Made by a program: the position numbers and the translations under genes. Below, piece after piece: positions 53,406 through 62,719 of a stretch of DNA of 64,000 nt. Source of the DNA: an uncultured cyanobacterium (GTDB lineage: Bacteria; Cyanobacteriota; Cyanobacteriia; Cyanobacteriales; CAWUOF01). The first letter of the stretch is position 1. Each line of letters opens with the position of its first letter. The DNA is taken from the NCBI GenBank assembly GCA_963744145.1, contig CAVUSO010000001.1, forward strand, positions 4,640,001 through 4,704,000. Direction: 5' to 3'. The notes beneath the pieces were generated by a model, which saw only the letters and a program-made list of their open reading frames with translations, ran no database searches and was not told where the DNA came from.

Positions 53406-54035
53406 CTACAAAGTAAGGTTCAAAATCTGCTGTAGGGATAAATTGAACTGGGGAAAAGTTGGGGAAGCGATCGGCGTATTTCCTGTGAATGGAATCATCT
53501 GATATTCTCCGTCAATCAAACTACAAACAAAAAATGTGGGTTTTTTAGGATTACCGATAAATTTTCTTGCCCCTAAAGCTGCGTAATCGATTATCCAATA
53601 TTCCTCAATCCCCATTTCCTCATAATCTCGCAGTTTATTATAGTAATCATCACGCCAATTAGTTGAAACCACCTCAACGATTAATTTGACTGAATTACAA
53701 TTTTGGATAATTGATTCACTTTCCCACCGGGATTCCGCTCCAATAACTTCTTGATTTAAAACGATGATATCTGGTTCATAACCTGAGTTTTCCCTAGAAG
53801 GTTTGACAATTGCTTCCCTAGGAATAGTCCAAATACCTCCTTTACCGATCTGTCTAATCATGATCAATAATTGCTCAATCAGGGAACCAGTTAGATTTGA
53901 ATGTTTTCCCTTTGGTTTAGGCATTTCGATGATTACTCCATCATGCAGTTCGTATCGGATTTTCGAGTTTTCAGGATACCATCTGATAAATTGGTCAAAG
54001 TTATATAATTTGGGTTCAGATTGGGCTTGATTCAT
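53406..54035 (-). CDS. Uma2 family endonuclease
   Basis: YELHDG, YEPDIIV, VEVVS, EYWIID. Confidence 0.9.
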   Translation of the reverse strand: MNQAQSEPKLYNFDQFIRWYPENSKIRYELHDGVIIEMPKPKGKHSNLTGSLIEQLLIMIRQIGKGGIWTIPREAIVKPSRENSGYEPDIIVLNQEVIGAESRWESESIIQNCNSVKLIVEVVSTNWRDDYYNKLRDYEEMGIEEYWIIDYAALGARKFIGNPKKPTFFVCSLIDGEYQMIPFTGNTPIASPTFPQFNLSLQQILNLTL

Positions 54036-54115
54036 AAATTTGGTTAAGGTTTTCTTGATAAGAAAATCTGAAAAACAGGATCTTTAAATACATGAGAAGC
54101 CTGGTTTTAATAAAT

Positions 54116-57100
54116 TTAACACGATCGCAAAATTGGTTCCAGAAATTGGATAATCCCAGCATCATCAAATTGGTCAGCTAATGCTACAATCCGAGCCACA
54201 AAAGGTTTATATTTTTGATTAAAGTTTTCTAACCGAGTAGCTTCACTTTTCACCAGCTCGATATCACCAATCCGACTAGCTTGGTAGATTTGGTTCAGTT
54301 CTGCTGCTGATGGGAAGATCATTTCTTCTTCTTGTTCTGATGCTATTTCTATAGCCTCATAATTCCAAGTAATTGGTAAATTATTGGCTAGAGCATCAAA
54401 TAAATCTTGAGCATTAACTGGTTTAGCTAAAAAATTATCTCCACCAGCTTCTCTACTCATTTGTTGATCCAATTGTCCTACAGATGCAGATGAAACTAGG
54501 ACTTTTAAGTGTTTCAAATCAGGATCATTCCGTAACTGTTTCAGCATTTCAAAACCATCCATTACTGGCATCGCTAGGTCTGTAATTACTAAATCTGGTT
54601 GCTCCGATCGCATTTTTTCTAAACCGATCTGTCCATTCTCAGCTTCTATAACTACAAAACCGATAGGTTCTAATAAATTCACAATTACAGACCTATTTTC
54701 CCACCGATCATCCACAATTAAAATCTTTTGTTTTTCCCCATGATAAGTCACAATATGACCAGCCATACTGGTTTGTTGCTGGACCCATTCCTGATTTAAA
54801 GGTAATTCTACTTCAAAAAAGAATTTACTACCTACGCCCAGTTGACTCTCGACTTGAATTTGTCCCCCCATTAATTGGACAATTTGCTGGCTAATTGCTA
54901 ATCCTAAACCTGTACCTTCCGATTGACGAGTGCGATCGCCGACTTGTTCAAAAGCACGGAATAGTTTCTGAATATCTTCGTGGCTAATCCCAACTCCCGT
55001 ATCCATAACGGCAAAGTGTAGATAAGCAAAAGACTTGGTCTCTGAGCGGTAGTCGAAGAGTGGATCAATATTGGAGTTTAATAGTTCAACTTTTAGAGTG
55101 ACACTACCTCGATCAGTAAATTTAATCGCATTACCTAAGAGATTAATTAGGACCTGTCTCAATCGTTTTTCATCAGCGATAATACCATGAGGTAAATTAG
55201 GATCAGGTGTGTAGTAAAAATCAATTATTTTCTGTTGAGCGCGGATTTGAGAGATTTCCACCACACCTTGCAGGAGTGAAGGTAAATGAATAGCAGTAGG
55301 TGCTAGTTCAAGTTTCCGAGCTTCAATTTTGGCAATGTCGAGAATATCATTAATTAAAGTGAGCAGATGAGAACCACATTGGTGAATAACGTTGACCCCA
55401 TGAAGTTCTTTTTTGGGCATAACTTTGGAACGTTCAAGAATTTGGGCATAACCCAAGATTCCATTGAGTGGTGTTCGTAGTTCGTGACTTATATTAGCGA
55501 GAAATTCACTTTTGGCTTGATTAGCTATTTCGGCAGTCACTTTAGCTTGTTGGAGTTGGGCTTCAACCTGTTTACGTTCAGTAATATTCATCGCTACTCC
55601 CAAAACTTGTGGAGTTTCCCCAGGAAGTGAGACTTTAATCGATTGGAAATAAGACACTTCTCCCGTTGGGGTGGTGACAGTTTCTTCCAAAATTTTGGTA
55701 ACTCCAGTTTCCATCACTTGTCGATCAGCTTCCAGGTAACGAATAACTTCCTCAGCATTACTATTGAAGTCAGCATCAGTCTTGCCGATTAGTTCTTCAA
55801 TAGTTGTACCATAAACTTTGGCAAGGGTTTGATTAACAAGAACAAATCTGCCATACCAATCTTTCACAAAAATCACATTAGGATCGCTATCAATAACAGT
55901 CCGGAGAAACATTTGTTGTTGTTTCAGTTCGGTGGTACGTTTTTCTACTCTTTGTTCTAGTTCAGCATTAGTTTGGGCTAGGGTATCAAAGGAAACTTGG
56001 AGTTTTTCACTCATCTCATTAAAGATTTGTCCTAGCTGATCTAGTTCTTGGATGTTTTCTGGTTGGATTTTTTGGTCAAGATTACCTCTGGTGATTTCTT
56101 GGGAGGCATTTTTTAAACGAACAATGGGTTGTAAAATCCATCGGGATGTATAGATACCAGAGATTACAGCTAAGACTAAAGCTAAGGTACAAAGGATAAT
56201 TGTAGTGCGAGTGTTGGCGTTAATATGTTCCATGAAATCAGACGCTGGCACTACTACTATAATGAGTAAATTTAAGCCAAATTTATCTTTAAATGGTAGT
56301 ACATGAATAAAATTTATCTGACCATTTTGAGTAAATTCAAGTTGTTGATCCTGGTCGATTTTACCAATTTGGCCAAATTTTGATATCAAATATTGACTGG
56401 TTTGATTAATCAAAACGTCATTGGTTTCTTGGGGATTCAGTCGCTGAAACTTTTTTTGACCATCAGGTTGCTGACTACTCAAAAAAATTCGGGGATTTTT
56501 TTGAGAACTTGCTACTAGGTTTCCCTCCTTGTCAACAATAAAAATTTTTCCTGATTTTCCCACTTTTAGACTAGCTAAAAATTTACTAATATCTAAAAGA
56601 GAAAGAGCCACAGCAAACGTACCTAATTGGTTATTTTTTTGATCAAAAACTGGACGGTAGGCACTAATAACTAGGGTTTCATTATTGTCAATTGGAAAAA
56701 TATTACTCCATCCTGGCTGGGTCGTTTTTTGCCCTTTTTGATACCAGATTTTTGTCCTTAGATCATAAGCGGGAATCTTCTCCAACAATTTAATTCGATT
56801 ACCATTCCTGTCTAGAGAATACTCAGAATATTGATCAGAACTAGCAGGATCTACTACTACCATCTGCACTTGGTAATTTTTCTGATAAATCATTCTTCCC
56901 ACTTTCTGTAAATTAGCAAATAAAATATAACTCACGTTAGAATCAACTTCTAATAGTTGAAAGTAGAGGTGATGCTCGATCGCCGAGAAATCTTGTAAAT
57001 CTAATTTACCCAGACGAACATCATCTGCGCTAATACGATTAATGAAATGAGGGGTAGCTAAATAGGTATCTAGGTACTGGTTGACCCTCGCGCTAATCTC

Positions 57101-57322
57101 AGTCTGTAGCTGATTAGCTACATCATTAACAGCTTTTTCACCATTACGAATTGAGAGATAACCAGTCAAACCAACAGCAGCAAATATTTGGATAATAAAT
57201 GGGGCAATAAGGATTAGTCTTAGAGGTATGGAAGAGCGACGGTACTGGATTTTAACTGGTTGTGGGATTGGTTCGGAGATGGACATAGATGTATTTAATT
57301 CAGGAGATTGGTTCTTTAACAT
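54116..57322 (-). CDS. Hybrid sensor histidine kinase (Cache-HAMP-PAS-HisKA-HATPase-REC)
   Basis: Two TMs, HAMP, PAS (IFVKDWYGRF), SHELRTPLN, NAIKFT, GTGLGL, receiver ILIVDD...DLAMP. Confidence 0.93.
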   Translation of the reverse strand: MLKNQSPELNTSMSISEPIPQPVKIQYRRSSIPLRLILIAPFIIQIFAAVGLTGYLSIRNGEKAVNDVANQLQTEISARVNQYLDTYLATPHFINRISADDVRLGKLDLQDFSAIEHHLYFQLLEVDSNVSYILFANLQKVGRMIYQKNYQVQMVVVDPASSDQYSEYSLDRNGNRIKLLEKIPAYDLRTKIWYQKGQKTTQPGWSNIFPIDNNETLVISAYRPVFDQKNNQLGTFAVALSLLDISKFLASLKVGKSGKIFIVDKEGNLVASSQKNPRIFLSSQQPDGQKKFQRLNPQETNDVLINQTSQYLISKFGQIGKIDQDQQLEFTQNGQINFIHVLPFKDKFGLNLLIIVVVPASDFMEHINANTRTTIILCTLALVLAVISGIYTSRWILQPIVRLKNASQEITRGNLDQKIQPENIQELDQLGQIFNEMSEKLQVSFDTLAQTNAELEQRVEKRTTELKQQQMFLRTVIDSDPNVIFVKDWYGRFVLVNQTLAKVYGTTIEELIGKTDADFNSNAEEVIRYLEADRQVMETGVTKILEETVTTPTGEVSYFQSIKVSLPGETPQVLGVAMNITERKQVEAQLQQAKVTAEIANQAKSEFLANISHELRTPLNGILGYAQILERSKVMPKKELHGVNVIHQCGSHLLTLINDILDIAKIEARKLELAPTAIHLPSLLQGVVEISQIRAQQKIIDFYYTPDPNLPHGIIADEKRLRQVLINLLGNAIKFTDRGSVTLKVELLNSNIDPLFDYRSETKSFAYLHFAVMDTGVGISHEDIQKLFRAFEQVGDRTRQSEGTGLGLAISQQIVQLMGGQIQVESQLGVGSKFFFEVELPLNQEWVQQQTSMAGHIVTYHGEKQKILIVDDRWENRSVIVNLLEPIGFVVIEAENGQIGLEKMRSEQPDLVITDLAMPVMDGFEMLKQLRNDPDLKHLKVLVSSASVGQLDQQMSREAGGDNFLAKPVNAQDLFDALANNLPITWNYEAIEIASEQEEEMIFPSAAELNQIYQASRIGDIELVKSEATRLENFNQKYKPFVARIVALADQFDDAGIIQFLEPILRSC

Positions 57323-57562
57323 GATGAGATTTGATTATCAATGTTAGTTTTTCAATAAGTTTGGATAATTAGGACATTTTAGCTTGTAGCATATTTTAAA
57401 TAAAAATATAGTTTTATATATCACTATTTTATTTTTATTATTAATGCGATCATTTTTGTGATCTTTATAGTATCTTTATCGTATCTTTAACTAGGTTAAG
57501 AAATGAAGAATCAATCTGGGTTATAGTATCTGAGTTACTAGATCAGGAGTTTAATAAACAGG

Positions 57563-58894
57563 ATGTTAAGGCGAATCAGTAGGCGTAAATTCCTTATCTA
57601 TAGCTCCGTTATTTTAGGAACAAGTATTTTTATAAAAGCTTGTAGCAATCCTACCCCATCAATAACTAAGTCAGAGAATAACCCTAGTCCTGAAACATTA
57701 CCTTTACCAGCTAATATATCTACCAAGAGTGGAAATAGGATCAAGGTCGGGATTTTACATTCTCTGAGTGGTACAATGGCAATTAGCGAAAACAGCGTCG
57801 TCGATGCTGAAATGCTAGCCATTGAGGAAATAAATAAATCTGGTGGTGTGCTTGGTAAACAGATTGAAGTCATCCAAGAAGATGGAAACTCTGACGAGCA
57901 AACTTTTGCCCAGAAAGCGCAAAAGCTGATCGATCAAGATCAAGTGGTGACAATTTTCGGCTGTTGGACTTCATCTAGTCGGAAAGCAGTGTTGTCTGTG
58001 GTTGAAAGTAAAAAACATCTGCTCTGGTATCCTGTCCAATATGAGGGTCAAGAGTGTTCTGATTATATTTTCTATACGGGTGCTACACCGAACCAACAAA
58101 TCGAGCCATCAGTTGATTGGCTATTAGAAAATAAAGGTAAAGAATTCTTTTTATTTGGCTCAGATTACATTTTTCCTCGGACTGCTAATACCATCATCAA
58201 AGCGCAATTAAAAGCCAAAGGTGCTAAAACAGTCGGAGAATATTATTTACCTTTAGGCAGTACGGAAGTGATGCCAATTATTAATAAAATTAAACAAGCT
58301 CTTCCTCATGGTGGAGTAATCTATAACACTCTCAATGGAGACAGTAATATCGCATTTTTCAAGCAACTACAAAAGGCGGATTTAAGTCCAGATAAATATC
58401 CCACCATGTCGGTAAGTATTGGCGAAGAAGAAGTGAAATCGATCGGCGTAGAATATCTTAAAGATCATTATGCTACTTGGAACTATTTCCAGACGGTGGA
58501 GACACCAGCCAATAAAAAGTTTGTCGAAGCTTTTAAAAGCAAATATGGATCAGTTCGAGTAATAAATGACCCAATGGAAGCAGCTTATATAGCTGTTTAT
58601 CTATGGAAACAAGCTGTAGAAAAAGCCAGAACACCTAACGATTTAGAAAAAGTACGTGCAGCAGCTTATGGGTTAACGTTTGATGCTCCTGAAGGTAAAG
58701 TGATGATGAACTCCAACCATCATCTTTCTAAATTTGTCCGTATTGGTCGAGTTAGGACGGATGGTTTGTTCAAGATTGTCCAATCTAGTGACAAAGTAAT
58801 TGATCCGCTACCGTGGAATCAATTTGTAGCAGAAACACAAGGATTTAGTTGTGACTGGTCTGATCCGACTAAAGGTGGTAAGTACAAAACTTGA
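57563..58894 (+). CDS. urtA: Urea ABC transporter substrate-binding protein (UrtA-like)
   Basis: SRRKFL Tat signal, GILHSLSGTMAISE, FGCWTSSSRK, YPVQYEGQE. Confidence 0.88.
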   Translation: MLRRISRRKFLIYSSVILGTSIFIKACSNPTPSITKSENNPSPETLPLPANISTKSGNRIKVGILHSLSGTMAISENSVVDAEMLAIEEINKSGGVLGKQIEVIQEDGNSDEQTFAQKAQKLIDQDQVVTIFGCWTSSSRKAVLSVVESKKHLLWYPVQYEGQECSDYIFYTGATPNQQIEPSVDWLLENKGKEFFLFGSDYIFPRTANTIIKAQLKAKGAKTVGEYYLPLGSTEVMPIINKIKQALPHGGVIYNTLNGDSNIAFFKQLQKADLSPDKYPTMSVSIGEEEVKSIGVEYLKDHYATWNYFQTVETPANKKFVEAFKSKYGSVRVINDPMEAAYIAVYLWKQAVEKARTPNDLEKVRAAAYGLTFDAPEGKVMMNSNHHLSKFVRIGRVRTDGLFKIVQSSDKVIDPLPWNQFVAETQGFSCDWSDPTKGGKYKT

Positions 58895-59145
58895 TCACCA
58901 TCTAAAGTAACTTTGCCACTGTCCTAGTTTAAAGGCTAAATTACCCAATTATTCATCAACAGAAAAAAACCACCGATCATAATAATATTAGCGATCGCGC
59001 TTATCAAATTAAACGTCATCCCCAGTTTCAAAATTATCAAGATCAAGTTTTACAACTGTTGAATATACAAGCAGAAAAGAAGCAATTTAAAAACCATAAT
59101 GATGTTCACTTATTAGCCGGATGAACCCATTTTACTCTCAAGATT

Positions 59146-60027
59146 TTAGGATGACCAAATTCGTTGCAGATTGAGTACAAATCCAGGTAAAATATTTTCA
59201 CCAGAAATGCTTTGAGGTGCTTTTAAAACTTCCACTTCTTGTCCAGGACGATAAATTTCTACTTCTTGTCTTTTGCGGTTGATTAACCAACCTAGACGAC
59301 AACCATTTTCCAGATATTCTTGCATTTTCTGCTGAGTTTTTTTCAAGTTGTCATTAGGTGAAAGGATCTCAATCACAAAATCAGGACACAGGGGAATAAA
59401 TTTTTCTTTTTGTGCTTGAGTCAATCCATCCCAACGGGATTTTTCTACCCAAGCAACATCAGGTCATACCAATTCACCATGAAGATACATTGATGTATAT
59501 TGATCTGTGGGTGAGGGTGGGTTTTGATGATTAGTAGGTAAATGTCAAACATCTCGGTGAACCCGGGCGGGTTTTTCTAATTAATTGGTAAATTTCAAAA
59601 ATCTGGGCGAACCCGCCCCTACTACAGAAATCCGCAAATTGAGGATAAAATTGGTAGGGGCAGGTTCACCAGTCAATTTTGCCACCAACAGATCACCATT
59701 ATAAACCTGCCCTGGCCTAACAGATCAACCTCAGATTAAGTGCAATTTCATAGTTAATTGGTATGAGCGATCTGCACCATTCGGTAAAGTAAACCCTGTG
59801 GATGAATCAAAAACTTCACCAAGTTGATTTTGATCATTCCAAAACCAAATTTGAGCGTTAAATGTAGAGTTGATTTTACCCGTTTCTCCTCCTGTAGGTG
59901 GCATAATAATTAATTCTCCCTGAGCATTGCGTTCTAATTTTAAATCAGAATTTTCTTCACATAATTGAAAAAATTGCTCTCTGGTTAGTTTAATTACAGA
60001 ATTGAGGTTGAATGTAAGTGCTGTCAT
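59146..60027 (-). pseudogene. Uma2 family endonuclease interrupted by a 300-bp insertion
   Basis: GFTLPNGADRS | PDVAW...LCPDFVIEILSP rejoin in frame when 59464-59763 is removed. Confidence 0.92.
59464..59766. mobile_element. MITE-like insertion with ~20-bp TIRs and internal REP-like palindromes
   Basis: tcataccaattcaccatgaa ... ttcatagttaattggtatga (18/20 inverted match). Confidence 0.88.
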
Positions 60028-60116
60028 AAAATCACCAACCGCCCAAGTAAAATCAAAATAGACACTCCCATTAGGACATTTGACAATTTCTCTAGATTGT
60101 CGTGATGGGTATCCAT
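60024..60116 (-). CDS. Small hydrophobic peptide (30 aa)
   Basis: MDTHHDNLEKLSNVLMGVSILILLGRLVIL; AAGGAGGT SD at 60123-60130; ATGA overlap with the Uma2 start. Confidence 0.55.
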   Translation of the reverse strand: MDTHHDNLEKLSNVLMGVSILILLGRLVIL

Positions 60117-60184
60117 TGGCTTACCTCCTTTCTAGTTAAATCTATGATCATCAACTTTAAAAGTAGTTGAGCGATCGCTAATTT

Positions 60185-60289
60185 TCCAATGGGCACACTA
60201 TATTCGCGCTAGGTGCCGTCAGATTCAGGTAATTGAGTATGATCGGGAAAAAGAGGGGGTAATAGGGTGGGGTCAAGACTTCTACTCAT
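60185..60289 (-). pseudogene. Internally deleted Uma2 remnant, duplicate of the 61838-62263 gene
   Basis: Shares gggcacactatattcgcgc and gtgccgtc.gattcaggtaattgagtatgatc with 61937 and 62187. Confidence 0.75.
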
Positions 60290-60335
60290 AGTTCTTAGTT
60301 ATCCACAACAGAAATGACTAGATGCTTGATTTAAG

Positions 60336-60438
60336 GGCGTTGCTTAACCAGGGTATGATATAATTGGAAAATCCTGTAGGGGCGTATTGCCATACGCCCC
60401 TACAAATTATTTATTCATACCGTAAATCAGCAACGCCA
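60336..60438. mobile_element. ~100-bp MITE with TIRs, central REP palindrome and 7-bp target duplication
   Basis: ggcgttgct...ggtatga / tcatacc...agcaacgcc flanked by atttaag on both sides; empty site at 62303-62309. Confidence 0.85.
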
Positions 60439-60812
60439 ATTTAAGTATAGCAATTTCAGATTGAGCAGTTTAATCTTACTACTAAAAAATCAATCCAAAC
60501 CAGTGAAAATTGAGATCATATAGCTCTCTCAAAGATTAATGAGTTATTGAAAGTTTCCGCTACATCCTGAATCCCATAGTTATCTATCAGTCACGATCGC
60601 ACAATAGTATTACATTTACTTCCTCATCTACAAGTAGAAATAGAAAGCGCGATCGCCACTATCCTTTTGAGGTGTGTCGCTAGATATTGATGCTTTAAAG
60701 TTTTATATCAGACCTTCTGATATAGCCAGGTAATTTGTTCCAATCTACTTATACCGCGTTAACTCGCTTATTGTGATACAATGAAATTAATTAATAGATA
60801 TAAGAGTAAAAT

Positions 60813-61040
60813 ATGGCCAATCACTCTGATGCTTATAAGCGACAACCACGGGTTAAGGGATCGTTTAGTCTTCTCTATGAGGAGCCATTGAGTAAGAAAA
60901 TTTACGCAACCCAGGTGCCTAAATCAGTAGCGATCGCACTAGAGCAATTACCTAATAAAAATGCCTGGTTAAAACGGGTTATCTATGAAGCAGCCCGCCA
61001 AGAATTGATGCAAAACTCAACTGTTGACAGTTTTGAGTAA
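60813..61040 (+). CDS. Small hypothetical protein, possibly ribbon-helix-helix DNA-binding
   Basis: 75 aa; beta-strand then two helices pattern (IYATQVPKSVAIALEQL...AWLKRVIYEAA). Confidence 0.6.
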   Translation: MANHSDAYKRQPRVKGSFSLLYEEPLSKKIYATQVPKSVAIALEQLPNKNAWLKRVIYEAARQELMQNSTVDSFE

Positions 61041-61054
61041 AAGGACTTGTTAAA

Positions 61055-61402
61055 TTGTTATTACCGAATAATGAAAATGCCTTTATTGCTCCAGCAAAAC
61101 TTACAGAATATTTACTTTCAGAGACACACAAAGATGGAAAGTCAAAAGCCAAGTTTTTTCGTAAATATGGATTTAATGAAGAAAATGTTGATCTTTTGGA
61201 GAAAGAGTTATTAAACCTTGCTCGTGATCGTGAGGTTACAGAAATTGAACCGACCGAATACGGGATAAAATATAAAATAGTAGGGACAATTAACACCCCA
61301 GTTGAGAAAACAATCAGTATTCTAACGATATGGATTATTAACACAGACCAAGATTGTCCTGGATTTGTTACTGCAAGACCATTTTCAGAAAAACGGAGTT
61401 AA
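61055..61402 (+). CDS. DUF6883-like putative toxin
   Basis: AFIAPAKLTEYLL..HKDGKSKAKFF..YGF, YGIKY, TIWI, FVTA. Confidence 0.65.
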   Translation: MLLPNNENAFIAPAKLTEYLLSETHKDGKSKAKFFRKYGFNEENVDLLEKELLNLARDREVTEIEPTEYGIKYKIVGTINTPVEKTISILTIWIINTDQDCPGFVTARPFSEKRS

Positions 61403-61408
61403 ATATAT

Positions 61409-61822
61409 ATGTTTAAAGAGTTAGATATAGTCAATTTAACCATTGATATTGACGACCATAATTTAAAGAAAGGGCGTCATGGAACTATTGTTCATTGTTA
61501 CAATAATCAACAAGCATTTGAGGTGGAGTTTGTTGACGATGACGGAGATACACTAGCACTATTGACCTTAGAAAAATCTCAGATTGAATTAGAGCAAGAA
61601 AGTCTTAAAAGCCATGTTGTAGAAATTATTAATACCTTACCTGTTGATGATCTAGCTGACATTAGAGATAACGCTGAAGTTTTACAGTTCCTACATAATC
61701 ATGCCAGATTTAACATTATTAATTCCACCGAAATAACCCAGTTATTAAAGTTGAAACAAGACCGTGATGAATTAATTACTAAGTTACTTGACCAAATCAA
61801 CTGTAAAAATATTCAATCTTAG
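61409..61822 (+). CDS. DUF4926-like protein with C-terminal extension
   Basis: KELDIVNL...LKKG..GTIVHCY...FEVEFVD..GDTLALLTL. Confidence 0.75.
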   Translation: MFKELDIVNLTIDIDDHNLKKGRHGTIVHCYNNQQAFEVEFVDDDGDTLALLTLEKSQIELEQESLKSHVVEIINTLPVDDLADIRDNAEVLQFLHNHARFNIINSTEITQLLKLKQDRDELITKLLDQINCKNIQS

Positions 61823-61837
61823 GTTGCTATGCTCAAA

Positions 61838-62263
61838 TCAAATCGGGATCGATTCCTTGCGATCGCAAATAAGCAGCCAATCGTTCTTTCTGTTGCTGTT
61901 GTGCCCATTACCACTGGCTAATTCGATCGCAATTAAGGGCACACTATATTCGCGCCAGATCACATAAGAACGGCGAATTTGACCGTCTAAGAGGGGTAGA
62001 ACGTTAGGGACATAGAACCAATCCGGTGCTTCTGCTCCCCGTTCGGTCGGATCAGTTTCCCGCCAGTATATCCCACTATCTTGTCCGATCGCATATTGAC
62101 CATCTGGATGGAGAGTTTGTAATGTAGTTTCCAGAGAGTCAGTCAGCAAGATACATTGGGGATGTTCTTGAAAGTTTTTCACGAAAGTGCCGTCGGATTC
62201 AGGTAATTGAGTATGATCTGGAAAAGGAGGGGGTAAGATGGTGGGGTCAAGACTTATGCCCAT
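61838..62263 (-). pseudogene. Uma2 family endonuclease, C-terminally truncated
   Basis: FPDHTQLPESDGTFVKNFQEHPQ, APDWFYVP, IELASG; no downstream Y/W-I-x-D motif; ATG at 62263. Confidence 0.8.
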
Positions 62264-62391
62264 AGTTCTGAGCGATCCACAACAGGAATGACGAGATGCT
62301 TGATTTAAGTATAGCAATTTGAGATTGAGCAGTTTAATACTTACTACTAAAAAATCAATCCAAACAGCGAATATATAGAGGAGATCCACCA

Positions 62392-62709
62392 GTGAAAATT
62401 GAAATTGATGGTCAAGATGCGGTTAGCGCTGCTGAGGAATTGCTGAGAATTGAAGGGCTTGAAGGTAGTTATAAAATAGTTGATGAAGTGGAGCGAGAAG
62501 GAATATTAGCTACGATCGCTACAATCGTAGGGATTGCCAGTGGTACGGTGACAATTGCTAAAGAGATATATGAGTGGTATCAGAAATACCAGAAGTCTCA
62601 AGGGGCAAAGGCAAAAATTGAGAAAGTTTTAATTATTGGTTCTAATAATCGTCGTTTGTTGCTCAAGGATGCGACGGTAGAGCAGATTCAGAAGATTCTA
62701 GAAGATTAG
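62392..62709 (+). CDS. Small protein with a central hydrophobic helix, upstream partner of the CHAT-NTPase
   Basis: 105 aa; EREG followed by ILATIATIVGIASGTVTIA; GAGGAG SD; 10 bp from the next gene. Confidence 0.8.
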   Translation: MKIEIDGQDAVSAAEELLRIEGLEGSYKIVDEVEREGILATIATIVGIASGTVTIAKEIYEWYQKYQKSQGAKAKIEKVLIIGSNNRRLLLKDATVEQIQKILED

Positions 62710-62719
62710 GACAGAAACC

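Noticed and set aside
57526..57538. NtcA box upstream of urtA
   Set aside because: GTA-N7-TAC has the wrong spacing (consensus is N8)
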